Virus record (IMG/VR): IMGVR_UViG_3300030103_004079
Strand: one strand, 5' to 3'
Source of the DNA: an uncultured virus (IMG/VR IMGVR_UViG_3300030103_004079)
Lineage: Duplodnaviria > Heunggongvirae > Uroviricota > Caudoviricetes
DNA length: 31,361 nucleotides
The notes under the pieces were generated by a model, which did no database searches, was not told the origin of the DNA, and saw only the letters and a list, made by a program, of their open reading frames with translations. This document shows positions 19,968-28,111 of this stretch, piece after piece (position 1 is the stretch's first letter; each line of letters starts with the position of its first letter). The position numbers and the translations under genes are program-made.

Positions 19968-20168
19968 TGTAATTTCTCCTGCATTTCTTACCTATTTTAT
20001 ATTTCTAAGAAGGTCTAATAATATCTCATCTAATCCTTCTGTATGTTCAGTTTTGATATTATATTCCTTTCTTAACTTTCTAATAATCTCTCTTGCTCTT
20101 TCGATTTCTGCTTTAGAGTCATATTTTTTAATTGTATATTCCCAACTCATTGTAATTTCTCCTGCATT
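19959..20168. repeat. 27-bp exact direct repeat CCAACTCATTGTAATTTCTCCTGCATT at 19959-19985 and 20142-20168
   Basis: Direct comparison of the two segments. Confidence 0.9.
19992..20150 (-). CDS. Small W-tag protein (52 aa; MSWEYTIKKYDSKAEIERAREIIRKLRKEYNIKTEHTEGLDEILLDLLRNIK)
   Basis: Manual translation; ATGA-coupled to the upstream gene. Confidence 0.75.
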   Translation of the reverse strand: MSWEYTIKKYDSKAEIERAREIIRKLRKEYNIKTEHTEGLDEILLDLLRNIK

Positions 20169-20803
20169 CTTTTCTTAATGTCTAACCAAATTTCGGGATT
20201 GTTTTGTGCCAACACTTCTTGGACTATCTGCATCTGTGCAAATATAATTGTGTCCTGTCTCTTATGTATAAGTTTGCCCTTAAACTCCATAAGATATTTT
20301 AGCGACTCTCTAACTTCTTTCGCAAGTTTAGTTAGACTATCTATTTCTCTAGGTTCTAAATCAATATCATTAAACAAATCATTCAACTTACTGTCAAGCC
20401 TTTGTATGTTAGCACTTAGTAAATCAATCTCATTAACTTCTTTCTTTGCTATCATTACTGCGGCAGACTCTTGAACAATTGGTGCTAAGTGGTGTTTCAT
20501 ATGTCTTTGAATTTGTTCCTTAGTCGTTTCTAATGCTTCTGCAATATCGTCACTAGAAATGTCACCGTTTGATAATGACACTTCGTAGTGCTTTCTCATT
20601 GGGTCTGTGCATAATACACACTTAGGATTACTACTATTGACATAATCTCCCATGTGATTTCTTTGGTGTTGTGCCGCAGTTCCACTTCTCCAATTGTGTC
20701 TTGAATCTAAATCATCACAAGAAACCTCACCGGCTTCCAACATTCTTTCGAGTTCTTCTCTATCTTCATGTTGGCAAAAACCACAACGCTTTCTTGTTAC
20801 CAT
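20147..20803 (-). CDS. Probable terminase small subunit / DNA-binding protein with two CxxC..H..H Zn-finger/HTH repeats and a C-terminal coiled coil (218 aa)
   Basis: 'CGFCQH...QHQRNHM' and 'CVLC...DIAEALETTKEQIQRHMKHH' repeats; upstream of terL on the same strand; TerS assignment is inference. Confidence 0.55.
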   Translation of the reverse strand: MVTRKRCGFCQHEDREELERMLEAGEVSCDDLDSRHNWRSGTAAQHQRNHMGDYVNSSNPKCVLCTDPMRKHYEVSLSNGDISSDDIAEALETTKEQIQRHMKHHLAPIVQESAAVMIAKKEVNEIDLLSANIQRLDSKLNDLFNDIDLEPREIDSLTKLAKEVRESLKYLMEFKGKLIHKRQDTIIFAQMQIVQEVLAQNNPEIWLDIKKRMQEKLQ

Positions 20804-20808
20804 TTAAA

Positions 20809-21120
20809 TCACCTTTTTTGTATGAATTCAAATGCTTTATCATTCAACTCTTCATTATCAACTATTTCTGTAATAGAAGCAGGTTCTCCATAATGTTCTT
20901 CTACAAGTTTCAATAAATCTTCATATAACTTTTGATATTTATATGGCTTTTCATAAAACCTAAGAACATCTTTTACATTGCTTAAAACGGCCAATTCAAC
21001 TAAAACCATCGCAAACGCATTAGTTTCATCATAACTGTTGAGTTTTTCTGCTTTTCTTATTTCATCTTTCCACATTCTATCAACTCCATAGATATTCATG
21101 CCATGACTTTTGTATATCAT
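20809..21120 (-). CDS. Hypothetical protein; likely start at the internal MWKDEIRK
   Basis: ORF track; internal start removes the overlap with the upstream gene and has a GGAG RBS. Confidence 0.7.
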   Translation of the reverse strand: MIYKSHGMNIYGVDRMWKDEIRKAEKLNSYDETNAFAMVLVELAVLSNVKDVLRFYEKPYKYQKLYEDLLKLVEEHYGEPASITEIVDNEELNDKAFEFIQKR

Positions 21121-22207
21121 CCTTTGGAACTTTTAACCCTTTTAGATTTAGATGCTCGCCCCATGCTAACTTCTTTGATTTACCCTTTCCAACAACCGCT
21201 ACAATTAGTGATGACATAGCAGTTGCTTGAAAGGGCTTTAATGAAAATGTTTTGATTTGACCCGCAGGTGGTTCTATACCTGCTATCTTTGAAAGTGCTT
21301 CTTTACTTGTCTTTTTGTTGTCTAATGTAAACTTCATACCCGAAAAAGTTCTTGCCATTTCTGCCAACTTAGGAACTCCCTTTTGCTTAAACAAGGCCTT
21401 TCTTTTTAACAATCCTAATACATGTTTTCTAACAGGTGGGAAGATTGCCAACTTAGAAGGTAACTTAACCTGCAAATGCATATTTTCTATTGCTTTATTC
21501 GATTCACCTAAAGCAATTTTTATTATATCCTTTAGCCCAATTTTGATTAAATCTCCCCTACCAAAAAGGGCTTGAGCCAAAGGCGGGTTAGCAGTATTTG
21601 GTGTATCGCTATACCATGTCGGAGGTGCTTTCTTTCCATATTTTTTCTTATACCATTCATTTGCATAGTGGCCGTAAACCTTGTCTTTCTCTTTACCTAT
21701 GGCATTACCATCAGCATCCGACTTTGCAGGAAAATTAAATACGGTATTTCTAGGATTTAAAGTGCTTGTTGCTTCCTCAAATCCCTCAATGGCATCTTGG
21801 AATTCTTGTAGTTTTTCTACATGACTTACTAACAGAATCTTATCTTCTTTGAATTCTTCCATGAATTCTTCTATGTCATCTAATAGAGTAAATGCTCCTG
21901 TGCTTCCTTTATTTGGCGACCTGTCTCTTCTATATCCACTAGTCACATGCTCTTTCAATTGTAAATATAGATTAGCAGGATGAGGCTGACCACTCTTAGT
22001 ATCTATTTGTCCGACCTTCTTTCCCTCTCTAGGTTTTCTAATCCTTCTACCTTCGCTAAGTAGTTTTTTCCTACCTATTCCTGTGCATTTCTTAACCCAA
22101 CCGTCATACTCATCAATGAACTTAAATGAGCCTCTAACTTCAATATCGGTTTCTCCAACCCTAATCACGGACTTTTTCTTCTCGTCTTTTCTTACCACGC
22201 TTTCCAC
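21080..22207 (-). CDS. Basic hypothetical protein (375 aa)
   Basis: ORF track; start position uncertain. Confidence 0.75.
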   Translation of the reverse strand: MESVVRKDEKKKSVIRVGETDIEVRGSFKFIDEYDGWVKKCTGIGRKKLLSEGRRIRKPREGKKVGQIDTKSGQPHPANLYLQLKEHVTSGYRRDRSPNKGSTGAFTLLDDIEEFMEEFKEDKILLVSHVEKLQEFQDAIEGFEEATSTLNPRNTVFNFPAKSDADGNAIGKEKDKVYGHYANEWYKKKYGKKAPPTWYSDTPNTANPPLAQALFGRGDLIKIGLKDIIKIALGESNKAIENMHLQVKLPSKLAIFPPVRKHVLGLLKRKALFKQKGVPKLAEMARTFSGMKFTLDNKKTSKEALSKIAGIEPPAGQIKTFSLKPFQATAMSSLIVAVVGKGKSKKLAWGEHLNLKGLKVPKDDIQKSWHEYLWS

Positions 22208-22340
22208 CTCCGTATTTTATATTGAATAATTCGGGGTTAGCCCCATGACCGCCAAATGAAACTGCTCCCGACTCTTTTTCGATGATGGGTTTTTCATCCT
22301 CATCTTCTTTTTCTTTTTTAATAATAGAAAACCAACTCAT
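22161..22340 (-). CDS. Small W-tag protein (59 aa; MSWFSIIKKEKEDEDEKPIIEKESGAVSFGGHGANPELFNIKYGGGKRGKKRREEKVRD)
   Basis: Manual translation; starts immediately after the upstream stop. Confidence 0.7.
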   Translation of the reverse strand: MSWFSIIKKEKEDEDEKPIIEKESGAVSFGGHGANPELFNIKYGGGKRGKKRREEKVRD

Positions 22341-22341
22341 A

Positions 22342-22569
22342 TCAAGCCCTCGCTAAACTTCCTAATATTCTCTTAATACTATCCATTGTGGTCTTATGTA
22401 ATCTATGATATTCTCCTGCTAAGTCTTCAAACTCATCAGCATCAATCATTTCTTCACCGTGAAACTTTCTAACCATTTCATCTAATTCTTTCAAAACATC
22501 TCTTTGCTTGCCAAAGTTATCAATGGCATTTTGCGTAGTTTGACGCTTTAGAATACTTTGCCATGTCAT
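22342..22569 (-). CDS. Hypothetical protein with MTWQSILK tag (75 aa)
   Basis: ORF track; TAATG coupling; GGAGGAG RBS. Confidence 0.8.
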   Translation of the reverse strand: MTWQSILKRQTTQNAIDNFGKQRDVLKELDEMVRKFHGEEMIDADEFEDLAGEYHRLHKTTMDSIKRILGSLARA

Positions 22570-23471
22570 TAATATCTCCTCCTTTGCCTACCAATATTTT
22601 TTCTTTGACCCTTTGTTTGGAAGAACCTACTACCTTGTAGTTTCATTTCTCGCTCTCTTCGCATTTTCTCTTTTAGCATTTCTTCCTGCTTCTTTTTATA
22701 TTCGGGACTTTTTAAATATGCATCACGCTTTCTTTTTATTTCATCATCATATATTTCTTTGAACTTTCTAACCTTATCTTCAAAAGTCCTTCCCTTACTT
22801 GTTACAGGTATCGTCTTGAAATCAACATCTAATAGAGTTTCAAGTAGTGCTTCAATTTCATAAGGCTTAAAATTCTTCCATCCAGTAGGGAAGTCTTTTA
22901 CATGGCCTCCAAATTCTTCTGCTGTTAGTGGTTTTCTTAAATCACCGGATTTTACTCTTTTGTATGCCGCTTCTTTTCTTATTTTCGCTCTAGCATCTTC
23001 CATTATTTTATCTGCCTTTTCTTGGAACTTGGCATTTAATTTCTTAGTAGCACGAAGAACCTCTATATCTGCTAAAGTATCTTTTTTAGATTCTTTAGGT
23101 TCGTATAAAGCACGACCACTATCTATAATGTAATTGAAAGGTCTTATTTCATATCTAGTGAAACCTTCCATTTTCTTAATATTTACAAAGAAGTCCGAAT
23201 CTCTCAATCTTTCTATTGTTCTACTACGCAAGCCTCCGATGACATCTATTTGATAGTAAGGTTCGTCTTTTATTTTATTTAACCTACCAATTCCACCTCT
23301 AACACCTAGACCTTCTCCCGAAATAACATCAACTGCGGAATATCTTTCTGCGGGGTCATCCTCAAGAATATCAAACATTTCTTTAAGCCTTAATTTAGGA
23401 ACATACTTTTTAGAATCCTTATCTTTAGGAAATACCGTTTTCGGCATTTTAAGTATGTCAAACCAACCCAT
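22569..23471 (-). CDS. Hypothetical protein; start revised to MGWFDILK (300 aa)
   Basis: Internal ATG at 23471 gives the W-tag and avoids overlap with the upstream gene. Confidence 0.75.
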   Translation of the reverse strand: MGWFDILKMPKTVFPKDKDSKKYVPKLRLKEMFDILEDDPAERYSAVDVISGEGLGVRGGIGRLNKIKDEPYYQIDVIGGLRSRTIERLRDSDFFVNIKKMEGFTRYEIRPFNYIIDSGRALYEPKESKKDTLADIEVLRATKKLNAKFQEKADKIMEDARAKIRKEAAYKRVKSGDLRKPLTAEEFGGHVKDFPTGWKNFKPYEIEALLETLLDVDFKTIPVTSKGRTFEDKVRKFKEIYDDEIKRKRDAYLKSPEYKKKQEEMLKEKMRREREMKLQGSRFFQTKGQRKNIGRQRRRY

Positions 23472-23484
23472 GTCTTCAATCCCT

Positions 23485-23865
23485 TTATTTGTGAGGCGGC
23501 TCCCCGAATCTACTATATCTTGGGGCATTTTCATATTCTTCTTTTTTGTTTTTCTCGTATTCTTCTTTGAATTTGCCTATTCCCTGTTCTAACATAAATT
23601 CTTCAACCATTCTTTTGAAAGTGTTCTTTGTGTGAATAACATCAAAAGGAGGCTTTTCGTCATCTATATCTTGCAGAAATTCAATAATAGGCTTATCTTT
23701 ACCTATTAATCTATAATTCCTTTTCATTGAACTCCACCTATCTCCCAATGCTCCCTTTTGGTGCGCTCTTGTAATCATCAAAGGTTTCATAGACCTTTCA
23801 GTATCTTCCATAAGTTTCTTGCGGTCTTCTTCACTCATGGTTTTTAGTATATCTTTCCAACTCAT
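23485..23865 (-). CDS. Hypothetical protein with MSWKDILK tag (126 aa)
   Basis: ORF track; AGGTGA RBS. Confidence 0.8.
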   Translation of the reverse strand: MSWKDILKTMSEEDRKKLMEDTERSMKPLMITRAHQKGALGDRWSSMKRNYRLIGKDKPIIEFLQDIDDEKPPFDVIHTKNTFKRMVEEFMLEQGIGKFKEEYEKNKKEEYENAPRYSRFGEPPHK

Positions 23866-23969
23866 TTCTTATCACCTGTAACAAAACACTTCTTTGACTT
23901 TGCCTCTTTCTCATCTACTTCTTTTGACTTTGCATCAAACCACTTATCGAGATAATTACACCTTGTCAT
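23862..23969 (-). CDS. Micro-protein (35 aa; MTRCNYLDKWFDAKSKEVDEKEAKSKKCFVTGDKK)
   Basis: Manual translation; AGGTGA RBS; ATGA overlap with the next gene. Confidence 0.6.
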   Translation of the reverse strand: MTRCNYLDKWFDAKSKEVDEKEAKSKKCFVTGDKK

Positions 23970-23979
23970 ATTATTCACC

Positions 23980-24411
23980 TTATCCAAATGTAATAACAAT
24001 TTCATCTAATGTTAATCCATCTCCGTCTTTTACCAATTCCGCATCTATGTAAGGAATAAAAGTCATAGGTAATTCCTTAGTGTTAAAATTTATATCTACT
24101 TGAAAATCATCTACTACAACATCTTTATCTTGTATATCCCATTTCATATCAGCCGCATCAAAATCCTTATCAAAAGAAGCATCAACTCCCACTACAGTAA
24201 TTTTGTCAATATTCGGCTCTTGGATATATACTGAATCATCACTATGCTCAAGAGTCAAACTCCATTCAATTATTACTTTTTCATAATCAGTTTCATAGAC
24301 ACCTTTTCCGCCAGTAATAGAATGCAATCTACCATCTCTACGCTTTTCAAGTTCAGTAGTATATGTAAAATCTTGAACTCTCGCTTTGCGTATGGCGTTT
24401 TTCCATGTCAT
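23980..24411 (-). CDS. Acidic beta-rich hypothetical protein with MTWKNAIRK tag
   Basis: ORF track; the annotated GTG start is part of the AGGTGA RBS, so ATG 24411 is preferred. Confidence 0.75.
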   Translation of the reverse strand: MTWKNAIRKARVQDFTYTTELEKRRDGRLHSITGGKGVYETDYEKVIIEWSLTLEHSDDSVYIQEPNIDKITVVGVDASFDKDFDAADMKWDIQDKDVVVDDFQVDINFNTKELPMTFIPYIDAELVKDGDGLTLDEIVITFG

Positions 24412-24421
24412 ATTATTCACC

Positions 24422-24802
24422 TTACTTTTTTCGTGGTACTGAAATATTGCGCTGTTCTTCCGAACCCCTAGATATTACTTTGAAGTTTCGCCCCTCTTCC
24501 ATCATAAGTCTTCTTGGTAACATTATTCTTCCATTGTCACTTTCTGCAAGTAGTCCATAATCCTTGTAAGTTGGATGGTATCTTGCTCCATTAATTGTAT
24601 ATCGGTTTCCTTTTTCTAAGTATGCTTGCCTACTACGGGATTCCCAATCAGGAATAACAGGTAGATAATTATTTACCCTTGAGCCTGTATATTCAACAAC
24701 TGAACCAAATGGTAAAGCCTCGCCATCAAAGAAACTAAAATACATTTTGTAGTCTTTGTGTCCTTTAATCATTCCTTTTCTAATTATATCTTCCCATGTC
24801 AT
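24422..24802 (-). CDS. Hypothetical protein with MTWEDIIRK tag (126 aa)
   Basis: ORF track; AGGTGA RBS. Confidence 0.8.
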   Translation of the reverse strand: MTWEDIIRKGMIKGHKDYKMYFSFFDGEALPFGSVVEYTGSRVNNYLPVIPDWESRSRQAYLEKGNRYTINGARYHPTYKDYGLLAESDNGRIMLPRRLMMEEGRNFKVISRGSEEQRNISVPRKK

Positions 24803-24832
24803 AATATCACCTTTTATTTTAAACGACTTTTT

Positions 24833-25084
24833 CTAGGATTTGTCATAGCCTTGCCTCGCCTCTTTTATGTAGGCTAATCCATTTTCCATATTCCTAGAAA
24901 CAGACTTCTTTATGTAGCCTATTTCCTTAAGAAGAGTATCTTTATCTGCTTCTTGTTTAATCTCATATTCAAGCCTCATCACTTGTTCGGATAATCTACC
25001 CATATTAAATTTAAAGAGTTCTAATATTTTGAAATACCTTTGGTCGGATATTTTTTCTTTTTTAATCGTATTTTCCCAATTCAT
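24833..25084 (-). CDS. Hypothetical protein with MNWENTIKK tag (83 aa); first gene of the minus-strand operon
   Basis: ORF track. Confidence 0.75.
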   Translation of the reverse strand: MNWENTIKKEKISDQRYFKILELFKFNMGRLSEQVMRLEYEIKQEADKDTLLKEIGYIKKSVSRNMENGLAYIKEARQGYDKS

Positions 25085-25638
25085 TTAATTTCAACTCTTT
25101 TTTCAAAAAATGTGGCGGAATTTTTGTGGCACTAGCGTAAAAATTTTTTTTATAACTATTGTATTTCCAGAATAAAAGTTATACTATTCATTATTAACCA
25201 TGCTTAGTTATAATCAAATAAACTACTATCCTTAGTATCTTTAATCTTACCTTGCATAGTCATTTTATTCTTAGCCTTAATGTCTCTAATGTATCTTAGT
25301 AATGTATTTAACTTAGTTTTAATGTCTTTTAACTCATCATCTAACTCTTCAGTATAATTACCACTCTTAGTTTTAGTCTCATTAAGTATTTCCTTAAGTT
25401 TTTGTGATATTGTATTTAACCTAGAAACTAAGCCAAATCCAATATCTTGACTAATGCAACAACCTCCTTTAACAGGTCGTAGCAATATAAGGGTAATAAA
25501 GGTAGTAGTTTTATGGGTTAATATGTTATACACAGTAGTTAATAAGTCAAAATTAACGATGAATGCTTATATTATTCAAATTAATAAAGAATAAAAATTT
25601 TGGAACAAAGCCATATGGTTGTAGAGCAACCAAATTAA

Positions 25639-25695
25639 CAAGCATATGGTTCACTTTAAGAACCCGAATAATATACCTTGTAGGGAATAGTAACC
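25639..25695 (+). promoter_or_regulatory. Cassette 1 promoter (representative of nine copies): CATATGGTTCACTTT-NN-GAAC-..-TATA-like box
   Basis: Conserved in all nine cassettes; ATG lies 53-54 nt from CATATGG in five protein cassettes, consistent with leaderless archaeal transcripts. Confidence 0.8.
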
Positions 25696-26046
25696 ATGAC
25701 AGGAATGCATATAGAAGAAACAAGAACGATTGGTTATGGTAAATTTTGGAAAATAAGTTTTATCTTATATTCATCCAGCAATTATAGGCAAGAAAGAGAG
25801 GAATTATACATGAGGTTTTTTGATAAATGGACAAAATCGCCAATCGGTAATTTTCCCTACAAAATATCTTCAGGCAAAGTGTTGAGAATATCATTTTCCG
25901 ATAAATCAGTTCCATACAGACAACAATACAATTCAAACACCCAGAAATACGAATCACATAAAACATATATGACTCAACAAGATATAGACGAATACAAAAA
26001 GTGGTTCTACGACTTATTTACTGAAGATTTGGGTATGGAAATATAG
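25696..26046 (+). CDS. Cassette 1 hypothetical protein (116 aa)
   Basis: ORF track; ATG at +53 from the repeat; followed by a terminator. Confidence 0.8.
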   Translation: MTGMHIEETRTIGYGKFWKISFILYSSSNYRQEREELYMRFFDKWTKSPIGNFPYKISSGKVLRISFSDKSVPYRQQYNSNTQKYESHKTYMTQQDIDEYKKWFYDLFTEDLGMEI

Positions 26047-26061
26047 AGTTATTTCGCCCTG

Positions 26062-26115
26062 ACGGTCAAAAAAACCCCCATTTTCTTAGGAATCTGGGGG
26101 TTTTACCTTTTTTTT
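26062..26115 (+). terminator. Hairpin + T-tract terminator, conserved-flank type
   Basis: ACGGTCAAAAAAACCCCCA...TGGGGGTTTTACC-T8. Confidence 0.8.
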
Positions 26116-26214
26116 CGAGGTTTGATGATGTTATATTTATTGAGGAGAGTATCATCAAACCATATGGTTCACTTTGCGGAACCCGCCATATATACTTTAC
26201 AGGAAGGAGTAGGC

Positions 26215-26607
26215 ATGTCACTGAACATAACATATCATAGGAGCATAATGAAAGAAAGTAAAGAAGATACCATCGAGGTTACTTGCTGTAGCAAAGGCAG
26301 TAAGCACTGGGAATATGCCTTAAAGGTCGTTTCCTCTATTGCCAAAAAGTCGTATTACAGCCCTCATGTTTATTTTGATTGGGGAGGCTCAAGCAAGTGT
26401 GTCATAAGAGTTAAAGGTTCATGGAATGCTGAATCAATGAGTAATTTCTTAAGAAAAGCATCAAGTGAAAGAGCAATCGAAAGCGGTCTTTTTAATGGTC
26501 GAAGAACTTGGGTCTTCAATCATAAAACAGAAGATTGGGAGCGATTCAATGAGGAAGAAGTAGATAGTCTTCCAAGTAATATCTACAGTTTAGATTTGTC
26601 GGAGTAG
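26215..26607 (+). CDS. Cassette 2 hypothetical protein (130 aa; MSLNITYHRS...)
   Basis: ATG at +54 from the repeat; the ORF-track 5' extension runs through the repeat and is rejected. Confidence 0.8.
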   Translation: MSLNITYHRSIMKESKEDTIEVTCCSKGSKHWEYALKVVSSIAKKSYYSPHVYFDWGGSSKCVIRVKGSWNAESMSNFLRKASSERAIESGLFNGRRTWVFNHKTEDWERFNEEEVDSLPSNIYSLDLSE

Positions 26608-26613
26608 ATAAAT

Positions 26614-26666
26614 ACGGTTAAAAAAACCCTGCAAGGTTTCGGCCTTGTGGGGTTTTACCTTTTTTT
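26614..26666 (+). terminator. Hairpin + T-tract terminator, conserved-flank type
   Basis: ACGGTTAAAAAAACCCTGCAAGG-TTTCGG-CCTTGTGGGGTTTTACC-T7. Confidence 0.8.
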
Positions 26667-26794
26667 GGTCAAGGTTTGGTGTTTACGCTACGCTCTAAAT
26701 TCATTATATAAATTACATTTATTATATGAATTTACACCAAACCATATGGTTCACTTTAGGAACACAGAATATATATCTTCCATCAAGGAGTAAG

Positions 26795-27001
26795 TGTCTA
26801 ACCGGTATAATAGACAAAGACTGACCGGAGTTAAGCGGCCTATCGGCTTAACACTATGGCCTAATGACGAGAGGAAACTTGGAATAGAGGTAAAAGTGGC
26901 TAGAAAAACATGGCGATGGATATGAACGCCCATATCCAACAAATCAAGTGTTTTTTGCAGGACTAGGGGATATAGGCTCTCCCCTAGTCCAAGTTTTTTT
27001 T
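26795..27001 (+). ncRNA. Cassette 3 candidate structured small RNA (~200 nt); alternatively a 43-aa GTG-start ORF at 26794-26925
   Basis: Full promoter and terminator but no ORF of 60 aa or more on this strand; hairpins TGTCTA/TAGACA, GTTAAGC/GCTTAAC, TGGATATG/CATATCCA, GGACTAGGGGA/TCCCCTAGTCC + T-tract. Confidence 0.55.
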
Positions 27002-27104
27002 ATTGAGGTTTGAGGTCGTTTTATACTTATTACTGTTAGTAACCTCAAACCATATGGTTTACTTTGGAATACCCGTTTCATATAGTTATGTAGAAGGAGT
27101 ATGC

Positions 27105-27422
27105 ATGTCGAGCGTATTAGACAAATTTGAGCAAGAACTAGCGAACACCAATGTAGTTGAATATGTGCAATCAGCAAACGGAGACATCAGTGCTGAAAAA
27201 ATCACTGAAATGTCAAATCGTAGAAATACACTACATAAAATAATTGATGCCATGAGCAAAATGAAGTTGAGTGAATCACTTTGGAATAAATTTAATCATG
27301 AAGAAATCGAAGAAATAGCAACTGCATTCAACAATGTTTTAGACAGTTTCCGAAGAGAAAATGATGGACTATACCAAACTATCCAAGATTGGGAAGAATG
27401 GGCAGACAGCCGACCTTACTAA
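27105..27422 (+). CDS. Cassette 4 acidic helical hypothetical protein (105 aa; MSSVLDKFEQ...)
   Basis: ATG at +54 from the repeat; followed by a terminator. Confidence 0.8.
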   Translation: MSSVLDKFEQELANTNVVEYVQSANGDISAEKITEMSNRRNTLHKIIDAMSKMKLSESLWNKFNHEEIEEIATAFNNVLDSFRRENDGLYQTIQDWEEWADSRPY

Positions 27423-27429
27423 GGTCAAA

Positions 27430-27482
27430 ACGGTCAAAAAAACGACCCTGTATTTAGGTGCAGGGTCGTTTTACCTTTTTTT
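27430..27482 (+). terminator. Hairpin + T-tract terminator, conserved-flank type
   Basis: ACGGTCAAAAAAACGACCCTGTA-TTTAGG-TGCAGGGTCGTTTTACC-T7. Confidence 0.8.
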
Positions 27483-27627
27483 ATCGAGGTTTGAGGTCGT
27501 TTTAATTAACTTACTAGATAGTAACCTCAAACCATATGGTTCACTTTGAGAACTCGGATTATATACTAAACAATAGGTAGGTGGTGCTTCAAGGGGTTGA
27601 AGTGTAATTATCATTGAGGTGAAAATT

Positions 27628-28104
27628 ATGAATATGGAAAAACTAGAAACTAATAGAAATAACATACGAACATGGATGAAGGAAAACGAAAGCCCACTTA
27701 ATGATGCTTTAGAGGGTCTACTCGTAGCATCTGAGTTGGCTAAAACTGATGATGAAGCGGTCAAGTATTGGTCGTCAATTCGTTCACTTTGTGGCAACAT
27801 GAGTCCTTCTCCTGTTAAGAAAGGTGTGCAATCAAAATACTCTACTGATGTTTTGGCTGTATTAGACGCTATTGGAACTGAAGTTAATGATGCTTCTATC
27901 CGCTACCATAACGACGGTATTATGTCTAAGGTATTGTTTTCTCACGGTAAATCCGGTGGAAAACAAATGCTAGCAGAAGTATTTGGTAAGACTATGAGAA
28001 ACATGACCATTGGAAAACTTAAGAAAAAGTTGGATGATGGTATATGGGACGGAACTCTAGCCGGTTTAGACTCCTTGACCGAAAAAACGGAGGATAATGA
28101 GTGA
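27628..28104 (+). CDS. Cassette 5 hypothetical protein, paralog of 29474..29983
   Basis: GAGGTGA RBS before ATG 27628; shares YWxSIRxxCGNxxxSPxxKG and DGxWDGTL with the cassette 8 protein. Confidence 0.85.
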   Translation: MNMEKLETNRNNIRTWMKENESPLNDALEGLLVASELAKTDDEAVKYWSSIRSLCGNMSPSPVKKGVQSKYSTDVLAVLDAIGTEVNDASIRYHNDGIMSKVLFSHGKSGGKQMLAEVFGKTMRNMTIGKLKKKLDDGIWDGTLAGLDSLTEKTEDNE

Positions 28105-28111
28105 TTAACAT

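Noticed and set aside
615..24471. Numerous plus-strand ORFs in the ORF track (e.g. 3195..3647, 14866..15330, 15595..16107)
   Set aside because: They are antisense shadows of K/E-rich minus-strand genes (S/F/L-rich translations), and the minus strand is already fully tiled.
25204..25533. 109-aa minus-strand ORF in the divergent region
   Set aside because: GTG start with no clear RBS, low-complexity AT-rich sequence and no coupling to the operon; a shorter real gene cannot be excluded.
26861..26880. Hammerhead ribozyme core (CTAATGA-CGAGAG-GAAAC)
   Set aside because: The conserved CUGAnGA core reads CUAAUGA, stem II would be a single pair, and I found no convincing stems I and III.
26122..27104. 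5' extensions of ORFs 26122..26607 and 27003..27422
   Set aside because: They read through the stem-loop and promoter repeat; the ATGs at 26215 and 27105 match the constant +54 spacing.
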